The translations under genes were made by a program, and so were the position numbers. The notes under the pieces were generated by a model. It saw only the letters and a list, made by a program, of their open reading frames with translations. It did not search any database and was not told the origin of the DNA. Positions 1 through 7,660 of a stretch of DNA of 42,124 bases are shown piece after piece. The first letter of the stretch is position 1; every line of letters starts with the position of its first letter. Source of the stretch: an uncultured Phycisphaera sp. (lineage in GTDB: Bacteria; Planctomycetota; Phycisphaerae; Phycisphaerales; UBA1924); the NCBI GenBank assembly GCA_963977205.1, contig CAXBOF010000001.1, forward strand, positions 1-42,124, written 5' to 3'.

Positions 1-31
1 TGTTCCGGTTGGACTGCTGTGCCGGTTGGCC

Positions 32-878
32 ATGGAGGTGGTGTCGGCCTGGGCGACATTTTGCGGAACACGGCCCGACATCCGGGGGCGCTGCGAAGTG
101 GGGTCAACACTCATCATGCTGCTGACGATGCATGCGCTTCCGGCGCACACCCAGAGCCTGATGCTCGCGGCCATCTTTGCATCGGGTGCACTTTTGGCTG
201 CTCCCTCGGCCGAGACGGCCGCCGTGTTCTCCGAGTTTGTGGCTGCGCATGCTCCTGGCCTGTGCGGCGACTGTGCGCTGTTTGGGGCGGTTCGTGCTGT
301 TGCTGCTGGGCGTCCACCGGGTCCGCTGTGCCGGGTCTCCCGAATGTGAATCCGAAAAGTGCGCGGTGAGACCGCCACAACTGGACATGCAGCCCGGCCG
401 ACACGTCGTGGCTCCCAAGCTCCGGGGTCGCGCCCGCCGACTTGCCCGCAAACGACCCCGTGCACCACCCCGGGCGCATCTGATAAAATCAGTGCCTGCA
501 CTGGATACATTTTCTATTGAAGAGCTTGTGGAGCGGGACCGCCGGGGACACACTGTGCTGCATGCGCTGGCGCGCGAGGGACGCCCCCGACTGTTTCTTG
601 CCGTTCTTCAGCGACTTCCGCCGCCTCTGCGTGGCCCCTTTCTGAATGCCCAGACGACTGCAATGGGGCCGGGGTGCGGCCGACGGACTGCGCTCCACAT
701 GGCTGCGCTCTACGGCCGAGTTGGGATGTGCAGGCTGCTGGTGGAGGCGGGCGCCAACCCCAGACTGCGGGACGAAAAGAATCGGACCGCATACGAGATT
801 CTGCGCTGCATCGTAGAGGCGGCAGAGCGGGACTTTAGCGAAGCCGTGAGCCAGCGCCGGATGGCTACGGCCGCATAA
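32..878 (+). CDS. Ankyrin-repeat protein; model join(32..334,393..426,493..878); may be 5'-partial at window edge
   Basis: Exon 493..878 translates to ANK repeats (GHTVLHALAREG...; RTALHMAALYGRVGMCRLLVEAGANPRLRDEKNRTAYE). An upstream high-GC3 hydrophobic ORF from ATG 32 (frame 2) joins frame 0 in phase through GT..AG introns 335..392 and 427..492. The upstream exons are less certain than the ANK exon. Confidence 0.55.
335..392 (+). other. Intron, 58 nt (ankyrin gene)
   Basis: GTCTCC...ATGCAG, phase 0. Removes the frame-2 stop at 347..349 and links to frame 0. Confidence 0.45.
427..492 (+). other. Intron, 66 nt, in-frame and retainable (ankyrin gene)
   Basis: GTCGCG...CTGATaaaatCAG, phase 1. 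Retention would only insert the Arg-rich RARRLARKRPRAPPRAHLIKS. Confidence 0.4.
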
Positions 879-909
879 ATCAGGCCAGGCGGAACTGTTG
901 CAGGGCCGG

Positions 910-1989
910 TTACGTGAAGGCGAGCCCTTTGTCTCCCGCGCTCTCGTCACCCGGCCGGAATGCGCGCCAGCACATCGACAGTGCAAACGGCAGGAAGAAT
1001 GCAAAGAACGTACTGCCGATCGCAATGATTTCGTGCTGGCTTTCGGACCAGCACATGAAGTTCGGTGCAAACTCGTGGCCATTCTTTCCCGCGTCGCCGT
1101 CGGTCCAGAACGTGTGTGTCGTCACAAAGAGCGCAAAGGCTCCGAAAATGACAAACACGAAGCACACCGCTGTGATCACCATGTGGAGGACGCGGACGAC
1201 CTTTTCGAGACCTGTGTCACTCTGCGACTCGTCGTTTCCAGCCCTGGCAAACGCGGAAGTGAATCCGACAGAAAGCATCGCGCCTACAATTACGCCGTAC
1301 ACATTCATCCGCGCGTGATAGATGTCCTCCTGGAGGCCGGCGTCGGTCTGCACCGAGGTGTGAAACACGTCCTTGTTGTCGATCTTCAATCCGATGTTTG
1401 TCACAAGCCCCGCCATCGCCCCCAACAGGAGGACCGCGATGCCGTAAAAGCCCCAGAACCCCCAGAATGCGTTCGGATGGGTATCTTTCTTGATCGGATA
1501 CCCGCCGTGCCACAGGGCGGATATCGTCGCAGCCGCAAAAGTCCACGCGGCCATCGCGTCGAGCCCGGGGTTGCCCGCCGACCCAATCTCCATGATGGCG
1601 GGGCCCTTGAGAATGGTCGTGGTGTCGTAGGCGCATTTCTCCTGGTTCCCATTTGCGTCATTGGGAATTTTGTACGCAGCGTGATCCTGGACCGTCTCAA
1701 CAAACATCCAGAGGACGAACGCCGCAAACCCGAACATTGTTGCCATCATGATCCACCCGCGTGGGTCTTTCAGACGCTCTTTCAGACCCGCCATTCCCTT
1801 CTTTGCGTGCCAACACGCGGCGGACACAAGCATGCCCAAAGCAATCATGATGAGGCCGACCCACGAGAGCCAATGCACCGTGTCATCCGACTTTAGGTGG
1901 GACCGGACGCCAACGCCGCTGGCAAAAAGGATGCCGCCCACGACGGCGCCAGTCCCCGCAAGATCGTACCCATCTAGACTGCTGATCAT
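910..1989 (-). CDS. Multi-pass membrane protein, 359 aa, unknown function
   Basis: Uninterrupted ATG-to-stop ORF with high GC3. Several hydrophobic helices (WLSWVGLIMIALGMLVSAACW, FWGFWGFYGIAVLLLGAMAGLV, VITAVCFVFVIFGAFALFV). TATAAG lies 33 nt upstream of the ATG. Confidence 0.8.
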   Translation of the reverse strand: MISSLDGYDLAGTGAVVGGILFASGVGVRSHLKSDDTVHWLSWVGLIMIALGMLVSAACWHAKKGMAGLKERLKDPRGWIMMATMFGFAAFVLWMFVETVQDHAAYKIPNDANGNQEKCAYDTTTILKGPAIMEIGSAGNPGLDAMAAWTFAAATISALWHGGYPIKKDTHPNAFWGFWGFYGIAVLLLGAMAGLVTNIGLKIDNKDVFHTSVQTDAGLQEDIYHARMNVYGVIVGAMLSVGFTSAFARAGNDESQSDTGLEKVVRVLHMVITAVCFVFVIFGAFALFVTTHTFWTDGDAGKNGHEFAPNFMCWSESQHEIIAIGSTFFAFFLPFALSMCWRAFRPGDESAGDKGLAFT

Positions 1990-2022
1990 GGTCTGCTATA
2001 GTGAGTCGACTGGGTGCCCTTT

Positions 2023-2028
2023 CTTATA
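2023..2028 (-). promoter_or_regulatory. TATA box (TATAAG)
   Basis: 33 nt upstream of minus-strand ATG 1989. Confidence 0.5.
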
Positions 2029-2068
2029 TGCTGCCCAGAGCTAGCTGGGGCGGTGGGGTCCGGGGCAC

Positions 2069-2074
2069 TATAAG
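2069..2074 (+). promoter_or_regulatory. TATA box (TATAAG)
   Basis: 26 nt upstream of ATG 2101. Confidence 0.5.
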
Positions 2075-2100
2075 CGCCGAAATCGGGATTTCAAAAGGAC

Positions 2101-2787
2101 ATGGACCCGAACGATCACGTTTTCGATGCTGGCGGTGCTGCAGATGCGCCGCCCGAGCTGTTTCCGCTGTACACCACGTCTGGGTCTGTGACGGACCGGT
2201 CCGAGAATCTGTCGTGCTCCTCCAGCTCGTCCTTCTGCTACCTGTGCTCGTTTGCGGGCGAGACGGGCATGTCGGTGGACATTCGGGCGCACATCCGGGA
2301 CCTCTCGAAGCGCGGGTTTGAGCTTCCGGCCATTGCGCGGGCCGTGGCCAAAATCTACAAGCGCGACATCCAGCCGCACGTCGAGCATGCCCGAATGGAC
2401 GGCACGGTGCGGTCCCCGATTTGCAGTCTGCCCCCGAGTCTCACCCTGCCCCCAGACGGTCCAGTCGCCCGAGTGGTCGATCGAGGCGATTCACCGCCAC
2501 CTCAGCATGGGCGGCGAGTTTTCCGAGACGGTGTTTCAGGTGCGGTCGGTGCGCTTCCCCGACTCTGGGCGCCGTGCTGACGCTGCCTGCAGGATTCGGT
2601 GGTCAAGAACATCTTCACGCACCTGATTGTGCGACTCAACCAGCGCGTGCTGACTGCAGACGGCCATGTGGACGAGGGCGCACGAAAGGCTCTCCTGGAC
2701 ACCATCGGCGAGCAGACCAAGTGGCGGCGGTCGATGGAGGTTGGGGATTCGGGGCCGGGGGCGGGCACCAAGCGCAAGAAGAAGTAG
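2101..2787 (+). CDS. Hypothetical protein with basic C-terminal tail, 3 exons join(2101..2406,2456..2539,2593..2787), 231 aa
   Basis: The coding signal moves frame 1 -> 2 -> 1 across two GTGCGG..CAG introns, all junctions phase 0. C-terminus GAGTKRKKK is NLS-like. TATAAG lies 26 nt upstream of ATG 2101. Confidence 0.7.
2407..2455 (+). other. Intron, 49 nt
   Basis: GTGCGG...CTCACcctgcccCCAG, phase 0, frame 1 -> 2. Confidence 0.7.
2540..2592 (+). other. Intron, 53 nt
   Basis: GTGCGG...CTGACgctgcctgCAG, phase 0, frame 2 -> 1. Confidence 0.8.
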
Positions 2788-2829
2788 CGAAAGTACCCGA
2801 GTGTTTTGAAACCAAGGGCGCGTGCCGCT

Positions 2830-3117
2830 CTACTCTGCTGGCAGGAACGATTGCACCGGCCCTGCATTGGCGACCAAGAACTGGATGTCGGCCCGCTTGA
2901 CCGTCTTGCCCCGCCGGTGCTCGACCAGCGCCATCAGCTTTGTCACCAGATCCTTCACCTCGGTCTTGTACAGATCCGACACCCGACCCGACACGTTTCG
3001 GGCTGCCCGCCCTTGCCCAGTACGATAGACCATCTTCAGCCCCGCCGCACAGCTCATCTTAACCTCGCCTGGCGTCTTTGCGCGCCGCACCGAATCAGTC
3101 ACTGCCGTTTTCGCCAT
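2830..3117 (-). CDS. Histone-fold protein (H4/H3-like singlet), 95 aa
   Basis: ...NVSGRVSDLYKTEVKDLVTKLMALVEHRRGKTVKRADIQFLV aligns by eye with the histone fold (H4 ...[20 protein letters not shown]; H3 ...HAKRVTIMPKDIQLA, recalled from memory). N-terminal basic tail. TATAAG lies 33 nt upstream. Confidence 0.7.
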   Translation of the reverse strand: MAKTAVTDSVRRAKTPGEVKMSCAAGLKMVYRTGQGRAARNVSGRVSDLYKTEVKDLVTKLMALVEHRRGKTVKRADIQFLVANAGPVQSFLPAE

Positions 3118-3150
3118 CCTTGTCCTGTTTGAGCTTCCTTCGGTGTCCGG

Positions 3151-3156
3151 CTTATA
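3151..3156 (-). promoter_or_regulatory. TATA box (TATAAG) of histone-fold gene
   Basis: 33 nt upstream of minus-strand ATG 3117, inside a 49-nt intergenic spacer. Confidence 0.55.
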
Positions 3157-3166
3157 CGCCAGCCCC

Positions 3167-3796
3167 CTAGATCGGCACCTTCGCCTGCACCGGCTGCACT
3201 GGGACCCCCGAGCGGGTTAGGATGCACCTGCCGTCGATGATCCTGCCCACTTTGACGCCGCAGACGGCCAGGTCCCCTGCCAGCGGCATCCGGCCGGGGT
3301 GGCCGCCTGGTACCAGGTTAAAATTAAATATGGGCACGACGCCCTCCACAATCACTCTGGCGTGGTTGAGGCCAAAGGGTGCCGTGACGGCCACCGGGGG
3401 CTGGTTGGGTGCCACGATGCCCAGGAAGAGCGCCCGGCGGGACGGCAGAAGCGTCCGGGCGACGTGACCCTTGTCGTTGGCCCTCTTGGCCACCTCGATG
3501 GCGGCGACGGCGGTGATTCGGTCTTTGTCGTCCGCCAGCCCCTTGGCCCATTCGAGCAGCTCGTTGTACGTGTGGTTCTCGTGGAGTGCCTTCCGCAACT
3601 GGCCCTCGGCGTCTCCACCCAGCACGTGGTCCTGCCTCTGGTTTACCCTGACGGCGATGGGCCGCCCTGCCACCTCGACCGTCGCCTTTTGCCCCATGAC
3701 GCCCGCGGGGTCATCGTCCACCAACAGCGGTTCGCCTGGACGTGGCACGAGACCCAGAAAGCGGTAGACGCACGTCGCAGAGACGGGCGCTGGCAT
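3167..3796 (-). CDS. Hypothetical protein, 209 aa
   Basis: High-GC3 ORF. I start it at ATG 3796 (MPAPVSATCVYRF...) because a TATATAT element at 3825..3831 lies inside the longer track ORF, 28 nt upstream of this ATG. Confidence 0.65.
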   Translation of the reverse strand: MPAPVSATCVYRFLGLVPRPGEPLLVDDDPAGVMGQKATVEVAGRPIAVRVNQRQDHVLGGDAEGQLRKALHENHTYNELLEWAKGLADDKDRITAVAAIEVAKRANDKGHVARTLLPSRRALFLGIVAPNQPPVAVTAPFGLNHARVIVEGVVPIFNFNLVPGGHPGRMPLAGDLAVCGVKVGRIIDGRCILTRSGVPVQPVQAKVPI

Positions 3797-3824
3797 CTGC
3801 GCGGTTGCACCTCCAATCTCCCCC

Positions 3825-3831
3825 ATATATA
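3825..3831. promoter_or_regulatory. Bidirectional TATA element (ATATATA)
   Basis: 28 nt from minus-strand ATG 3796 and 26 nt from plus-strand ATG 3858. Confidence 0.45.
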
Positions 3832-3857
3832 GCCGCGGTTTCCGCAAAGTATCGTCA

Positions 3858-4130
3858 ATGCGGGGAACGGGGCTTCTGGTCGCCTCCATTCTTGCCTCTT
3901 CAGTTTCACTCACGCACGGCAACCTCTGGTCGGGCGGTGTCTCGCTCGTCTTTGCGGCGCTTGTTCTCGAGCTTGCGCCTGAGCTGTCCCTGTCAGTCTC
4001 GCCTGCCCGACTGTCTGTGCTCCTAGAGGCGGTTGCGTCTGTGGTAGTTGTCGCAGCCGACGTCGACCACTACGCCGTGTTGGGTCTGGTGCTTGCGCTG
4101 GCATGTCTGGGGGGATCGAAGACCAAGTAA
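3858..4130 (+). CDS. Small hydrophobic ORF, 90 aa (possible membrane protein or leader exon of the next gene)
   Basis: ATG lies 26 nt downstream of the bidirectional TATA at 3825..3831. Three hydrophobic stretches, moderate GC3. Overlaps the ATG of the next gene by 28 nt. Confidence 0.3.
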   Translation: MRGTGLLVASILASSVSLTHGNLWSGGVSLVFAALVLELAPELSLSVSPARLSVLLEAVASVVVVAADVDHYAVLGLVLALACLGGSKTK

Positions 4131-5752
4131 AAGTGGTCCTCGGCGCTTTTGTGGAGAGTCCGCAGTATCGCCTTGCCGTCGAATCGTGGCAGCTTTCGAC
4201 GGTCGCGGGTGGCATCGATGTGGCCGACGGCTCGCCGGTTGATGTTCGCGGCGCAGCCGAATTGGTGCGTCACGCCCGATGTGCGGCGCCGGCTGCGTGC
4301 TGACCCTTTCCAGGTGCACTCGATGGTGCGGCAGCTGGTGCTGATGGGCTTTTGTGTGATTCAGGACGGCGTGGTGGACCCGATGGCCGCCATCTCGTGG
4401 GACAAGCAGAAGCGCGAGTGGGTTGCCCCAGTCAAGGACGAGGCTGAACCGCCCACCGTCTGCGTCTTCATGGCGCCGCTTGTGCATTCGAATGGCACTA
4501 CGCTCATGTCGTACGGCAGCGCCGCGCTGCCGGTGTGGTACCACCTGTCGGCCCTCACCGAAAATATGCGGCGGCGGGATGCGTTCAACTCGGCGCACAC
4601 CGTGTTCACCTCGGTCAATCCGAGCATGACGCCCGGCGACTCGCTCACTCCGTCCTTCATTGCGGCGCGGGGGCGGGCCGTCGGGGCCGCCGATCCAGAT
4701 TATACCACGTCTGACCGCCGGCACGAGCTGCTCGGGGACCTGATGCGCCGGTCCAACGGGCTGCGGTCCCATGGCGATGTTTTTATGGCGGGCCAGGGAT
4801 TCCCGGTCGACTCGAGGGCACCCAAGCTCCACTCGGAGCATTTTGTCACCGACGGTAAGCACCAATTTATTTTGGTCCAATCGTGCACACGGCCGGCACC
4901 GAAATCTCGCGCCCCTCGTCTGAACTCCCAAATCATGCACACGGCCCGACACCCCCACCCCTGGTTGCCCGCAATCTTCTGCTCCTGTGTCGACCCCCAA
5001 ATCGTGCACACGCCCCGACACTGGACCCCGTTCGACTCCCAAATCGTGCACACGGCCCGACACCACTGATGGCTCTGCAGGGATGAGTTCGGTGGGCGAG
5101 GCGCGACACCTGCAGGCCCCCGTGTCGGACATGAACCGGCTGGTGAAGCACTACGTGCACTCGTTCTACCAGGCGCTCGGGGTACCGCCTCAAAAGCTCG
5201 GTGCGCCGACTCTTCCTTCCCGCGCCATCGCGCCTCTCACTGACTGTGTCGCCAGGTGAGAACGTCAACTCTGAACGCCTTGCGGGATCCGAGATGATTT
5301 CGAGCGAGGCGCTGTGGACTCACGAGGCTCGAGTGCGCGATGTCCGGGATGTTGTCAACGAAGCGCTTGAGGTTCTCGGCGTCTCGCTGCGGCCGTCGGT
5401 GCGATACCGCGTCCTGGTGCAGCATCCAGAGCTGTTTGATCCGGAGAAGTACACCGACCTGCTGGCGCACTCGCTCGGGGTGCCCACCGAGTACGTGGCC
5501 CAGATCCCGGTCGAGACGGATGAGTCGACCCAGCAGCAGCCACCCACGAACGGCCGTCGGGGTGGCAATGACCACGATGCCGCCATGCAGCAAGGATCGG
5601 GGTCCCACAAACGCTGTCGCGACGGGAAGTTCTGCCAGAACAAACGGGGGGGGCCCGTGAGCGACATCCGCACTATTAGAGAACCCCATGCCAAGTTGGA
5701 TAGGGGCGAGACGCGCGTTCCGGAGGAGAAGAAGGGCCGCAATTCGGAATGA
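4103..5752 (+). CDS. Portal-like protein (tentative), 4 exons join(4103..4264,4314..4854,5081..5200,5256..5752), 439 aa
   Basis: Frames 2 -> 0 -> 1 -> 2 are linked in phase by three GT..AG introns. The spliced peptide ...VKHYVHSFYQALGVPPQKLG|GENVNSERLAGSEM... resembles the conserved ..a.GvPp.llG...sN.. segment of HK97-type phage portal proteins (recalled, not searched). The gene model is more certain than the function. Confidence 0.6.
4265..4313 (+). other. Intron, 49 nt (portal-like gene)
   Basis: GTGCGT...CTGACcctttCCAG, phase 0, frame 2 -> 0. Confidence 0.75.
4855..5080 (+). other. Intron, 226 nt, carrying four copies of a 25-nt motif (portal-like gene)
   Basis: GTAAGC...CACTGATggctctgCAG, phase 1, frame 0 -> 1. 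The only long intron in the window. Confidence 0.75.
4877..5063. repeat. Four dispersed copies of a ~25-nt motif CCCAAATCGTGCACACGGCCCGACAC inside one intron
   Basis: Copies at 4877..4900, 4927..4952, 4996..5021 and 5038..5063, with 1-3 mismatches each. Start-to-start spacings are 50, 69 and 42 nt. Confidence 0.85.
5201..5255 (+). other. Intron, 55 nt (portal-like gene)
   Basis: GTGCGC...CACTGACtgtgtcgCCAG, phase 1, frame 1 -> 2. Splits the GVPPQKLG|GENVNSE motif. Confidence 0.8.
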
Positions 5753-6681
5753 TGGACGAACGGGATGGCACCATCGTGTATGACAATGCGCTCACCGTAG
5801 ACGGCCAGCCAATGTACCACTACGCCGAGAGCGATGCGGACGGGTACATCGATCCGAGCGAATACGAGCAGCCGTTGTCCCGCGAGGCGTTCCACGAGCA
5901 CCATGCCCCCGAGGACCGATCCATTCCGGTGGTGGACGCCTCGCCCGAGACGCCGGAACGGTACCCGGCTCCGCCACGCCGTTTCTCGGCCGTTCCTGAA
6001 TCCTGGAATCCTCGCCCCGATCCTCCGCCCAAGCCTCCGCCAATCGAATCGATGCCACGGCGCCGGTCGGGACGGAGCCCACTCGTCGGCGCTGTGGGCC
6101 TGCTGGGCCTGGTGGGGTTGATCGGCATGGTGCCGTCGGACGACTCTGGTCCGGGCACTTCGGCCTCGACTGGCGCCTCGTGCCTCGTGGGATCGATCGC
6201 GTGGTCTGCTGCCCAGACGGTTCCTGCGGGGTACCGAATCGCCGACGGGTCTGAAATTGTCGAGGAGGACCACCCGGCCCTCTTTGCCGCCGTGGGGTCG
6301 GCAGTGCCCGATTTGGTGGGCCGGTACGCCCGTGGGGGCCTCGAGCCCGGTGCCGTCCTCGCCGCCTCTGTGGATGTCGGCTCGTTCTCGGTGGCCATTG
6401 ACGATCCTGGTCACTCGCACGTTGACGCAGCGGGCTCGACGGTGCTCCGCGACGGCAAGTACGCTCTGGCGCACCTCTACACGTGAGACGGCCCGCCCGG
6501 CATCGCCCCGCCCCCTCTTATGCGTGCATGCAGGTTTACGACGGACGGGGTCAACCTCAAGGACGCCGGGCCATCTGTGGTTCCTGCGCAGACGGGGATT
6601 GCTGCGCGGGTAGAGGGCGGCACCGAGACACGGCCCGCCAGCGTCGTCCTGGTTCCCCTCATCTGCACCGGCGGTCCGTAG
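5749..6681 (+). CDS. Membrane-anchored phage tail-collar domain protein, join(5749..6482,6534..6681), 293 aa
   Basis: LVGSIAWSAAQTVPAGYRIADGSEIVEEDHPALFAAVGSAVPDLVGRYARGG fits the tail-collar pattern (G.I...a....P.Gw..cdG.......yP.Lf..iG...PDLrGrf..G). Exon 2 supplies ...VEGGTETRPASVVLVPLI, the ETRP......I end of that domain. TM segment LVGAVGLLGLVGLIGMV lies upstream. The ATG overlaps the upstream stop (ATGA). Confidence 0.8.
6483..6533 (+). other. Intron, 51 nt (tail-collar gene)
   Basis: GTGAGA...ATGCAG, phase 2. The apparent stop TGA 6484..6486 is part of the donor. Splicing restores the ETRP-containing domain end. Confidence 0.85.
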
Positions 6682-6722
6682 CGGCGGTCCGAGACCAAAA
6701 TGGGAATCCGATCGTGTTTCTG

Positions 6723-6728
6723 TATAAA
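6723..6728 (+). promoter_or_regulatory. TATA box (TATAAA)
   Basis: 30 nt upstream of ATG 6759. Confidence 0.45.
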
Positions 6729-6758
6729 TTGAATGTTTCCGGCACCATAACTCGCGAG

Positions 6759-7307
6759 ATGGGCTCGCTGTTTACAGACTTCCAGGCCGTGCTCCATTTG
6801 GCCGGGGACGCTCCCATCGTGGGCGGAGTTCGCGCGGCCGTCTTGGAGCACGGGCTTGCGTTCCCTAGCACCCCGGGGGTATTCGAACTTTTGGTCACGG
6901 TTGGGGATGATTCCCCCCCAGGGCAACAGCAGCTGTGGACGGCCATACAAGTCTTTGCTATCTTTGGTCCGGGGCTGCGCAAGGGTCCCCCGAACGACAA
7001 CCGCTGGGACGTCCACTCGTGCCGGACACAGAACCTGCCGCCTGGGGTGGTCGCAGTCCCTCCCGAGGACGACTTTGGCCGATCCCTCGAGACGCTGGCC
7101 CCGGAGCGAGTGGGGGGCCCGCCAATGCGGCTCGCGCACGTGCATCGCCTTCTGACGCGCGAGTCGGCGTCTCCCTTTATTCGGATTGTTGTCGGCGGTG
7201 CCCTCACGATCTACGTCAGCCTGACGCCATTCGTGGTCGTTGGGGCCGATGTCGAGTTTACGGTGCCGTCTGTGAAGATGGTGGGGCTCCACTGGTCTGC
7301 TCACTAG
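6759..7307 (+). CDS. Hypothetical protein, 182 aa
   Basis: High-GC3 frame from ATG 6759 (MGSLFTDFQAVL...). TATAAA at 6723..6728, 30 nt upstream. No domain recognised. Confidence 0.6.
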   Translation: MGSLFTDFQAVLHLAGDAPIVGGVRAAVLEHGLAFPSTPGVFELLVTVGDDSPPGQQQLWTAIQVFAIFGPGLRKGPPNDNRWDVHSCRTQNLPPGVVAVPPEDDFGRSLETLAPERVGGPPMRLAHVHRLLTRESASPFIRIVVGGALTIYVSLTPFVVVGADVEFTVPSVKMVGLHWSAH

Positions 7308-7525
7308 GCGCGGGTCTCGAGACGGTCGTCGGCCGTCGACATAAACGTTTCGTATGGCGCCAGTCCCCGCGCTGGCTTTGTAGTCAGCGTCTTGATGCAC
7401 GAGGCGAGCGTCAGCGCCAGCGACAGGCCCATCATGCCGACCATGGCCGCCGAGGGCGATGCGGTGCACGTTCCGTCCATCGGGGGCACATCAAAGCCCG
7501 GATAGTCACCGGACGTGTCGTCCAT
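7304..7525 (-). CDS. Small single-pass membrane protein, 73 aa
   Basis: ATG ORF with high GC3 and one TM helix (AAMVGMMGLSLALTLASCI). Sits between two plus-strand genes. AT-rich CTTATTAG lies about 30 nt upstream on the minus strand. Confidence 0.4.
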   Translation of the reverse strand: MDDTSGDYPGFDVPPMDGTCTASPSAAMVGMMGLSLALTLASCIKTLTTKPARGLAPYETFMSTADDRLETRA

Positions 7526-7603
7526 GCCCGGTTTGGACGTGCGCCGCCCGGGCCTAATAAGTGGCGCGGGATCTGGGCACGGCAGATTCGGATTTCCGAA
7601 ACG

Positions 7604-7609
7604 TATAAG
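7604..7609 (+). promoter_or_regulatory. TATA box (TATAAG) of D5-like gene
   Basis: 51 nt upstream of ATG 7661, the longest spacing in the set. Confidence 0.45.
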
Positions 7610-7660
7610 AGCCGCAGCTTGAGTGAAACACTTTCAAATCGGGCACAACCCGGCCCGCCG

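Noticed and set aside
4877-5063. CRISPR-like array (repeated 25-mers with spacers)
   Set aside because: There are only four imperfect copies with irregular 17-44-nt gaps, inside a eukaryotic-type intron. There are no cas genes, and the whole context is eukaryotic or viral.
4023-5132. 369-aa minus-strand ORF with repeated peptide VSGRVHDLGV
   Set aside because: The repeat is the antisense translation of the 25-nt motif copies inside the 4855..5080 intron. The rest is antisense to portal-like exons.
6935-7660. N-terminal 242 codons of the 1032-aa track ORF 6935..10033
   Set aside because: It is Arg/Gly/Pro-rich junk and overlaps the better 6759..7307 gene in another frame and the minus-strand 7304..7525 ORF. 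A TATAAG followed by ATG 7661 marks the real start of the D5-like gene. The tail after about 9625 is likewise out-of-frame intron and next-exon read-through.
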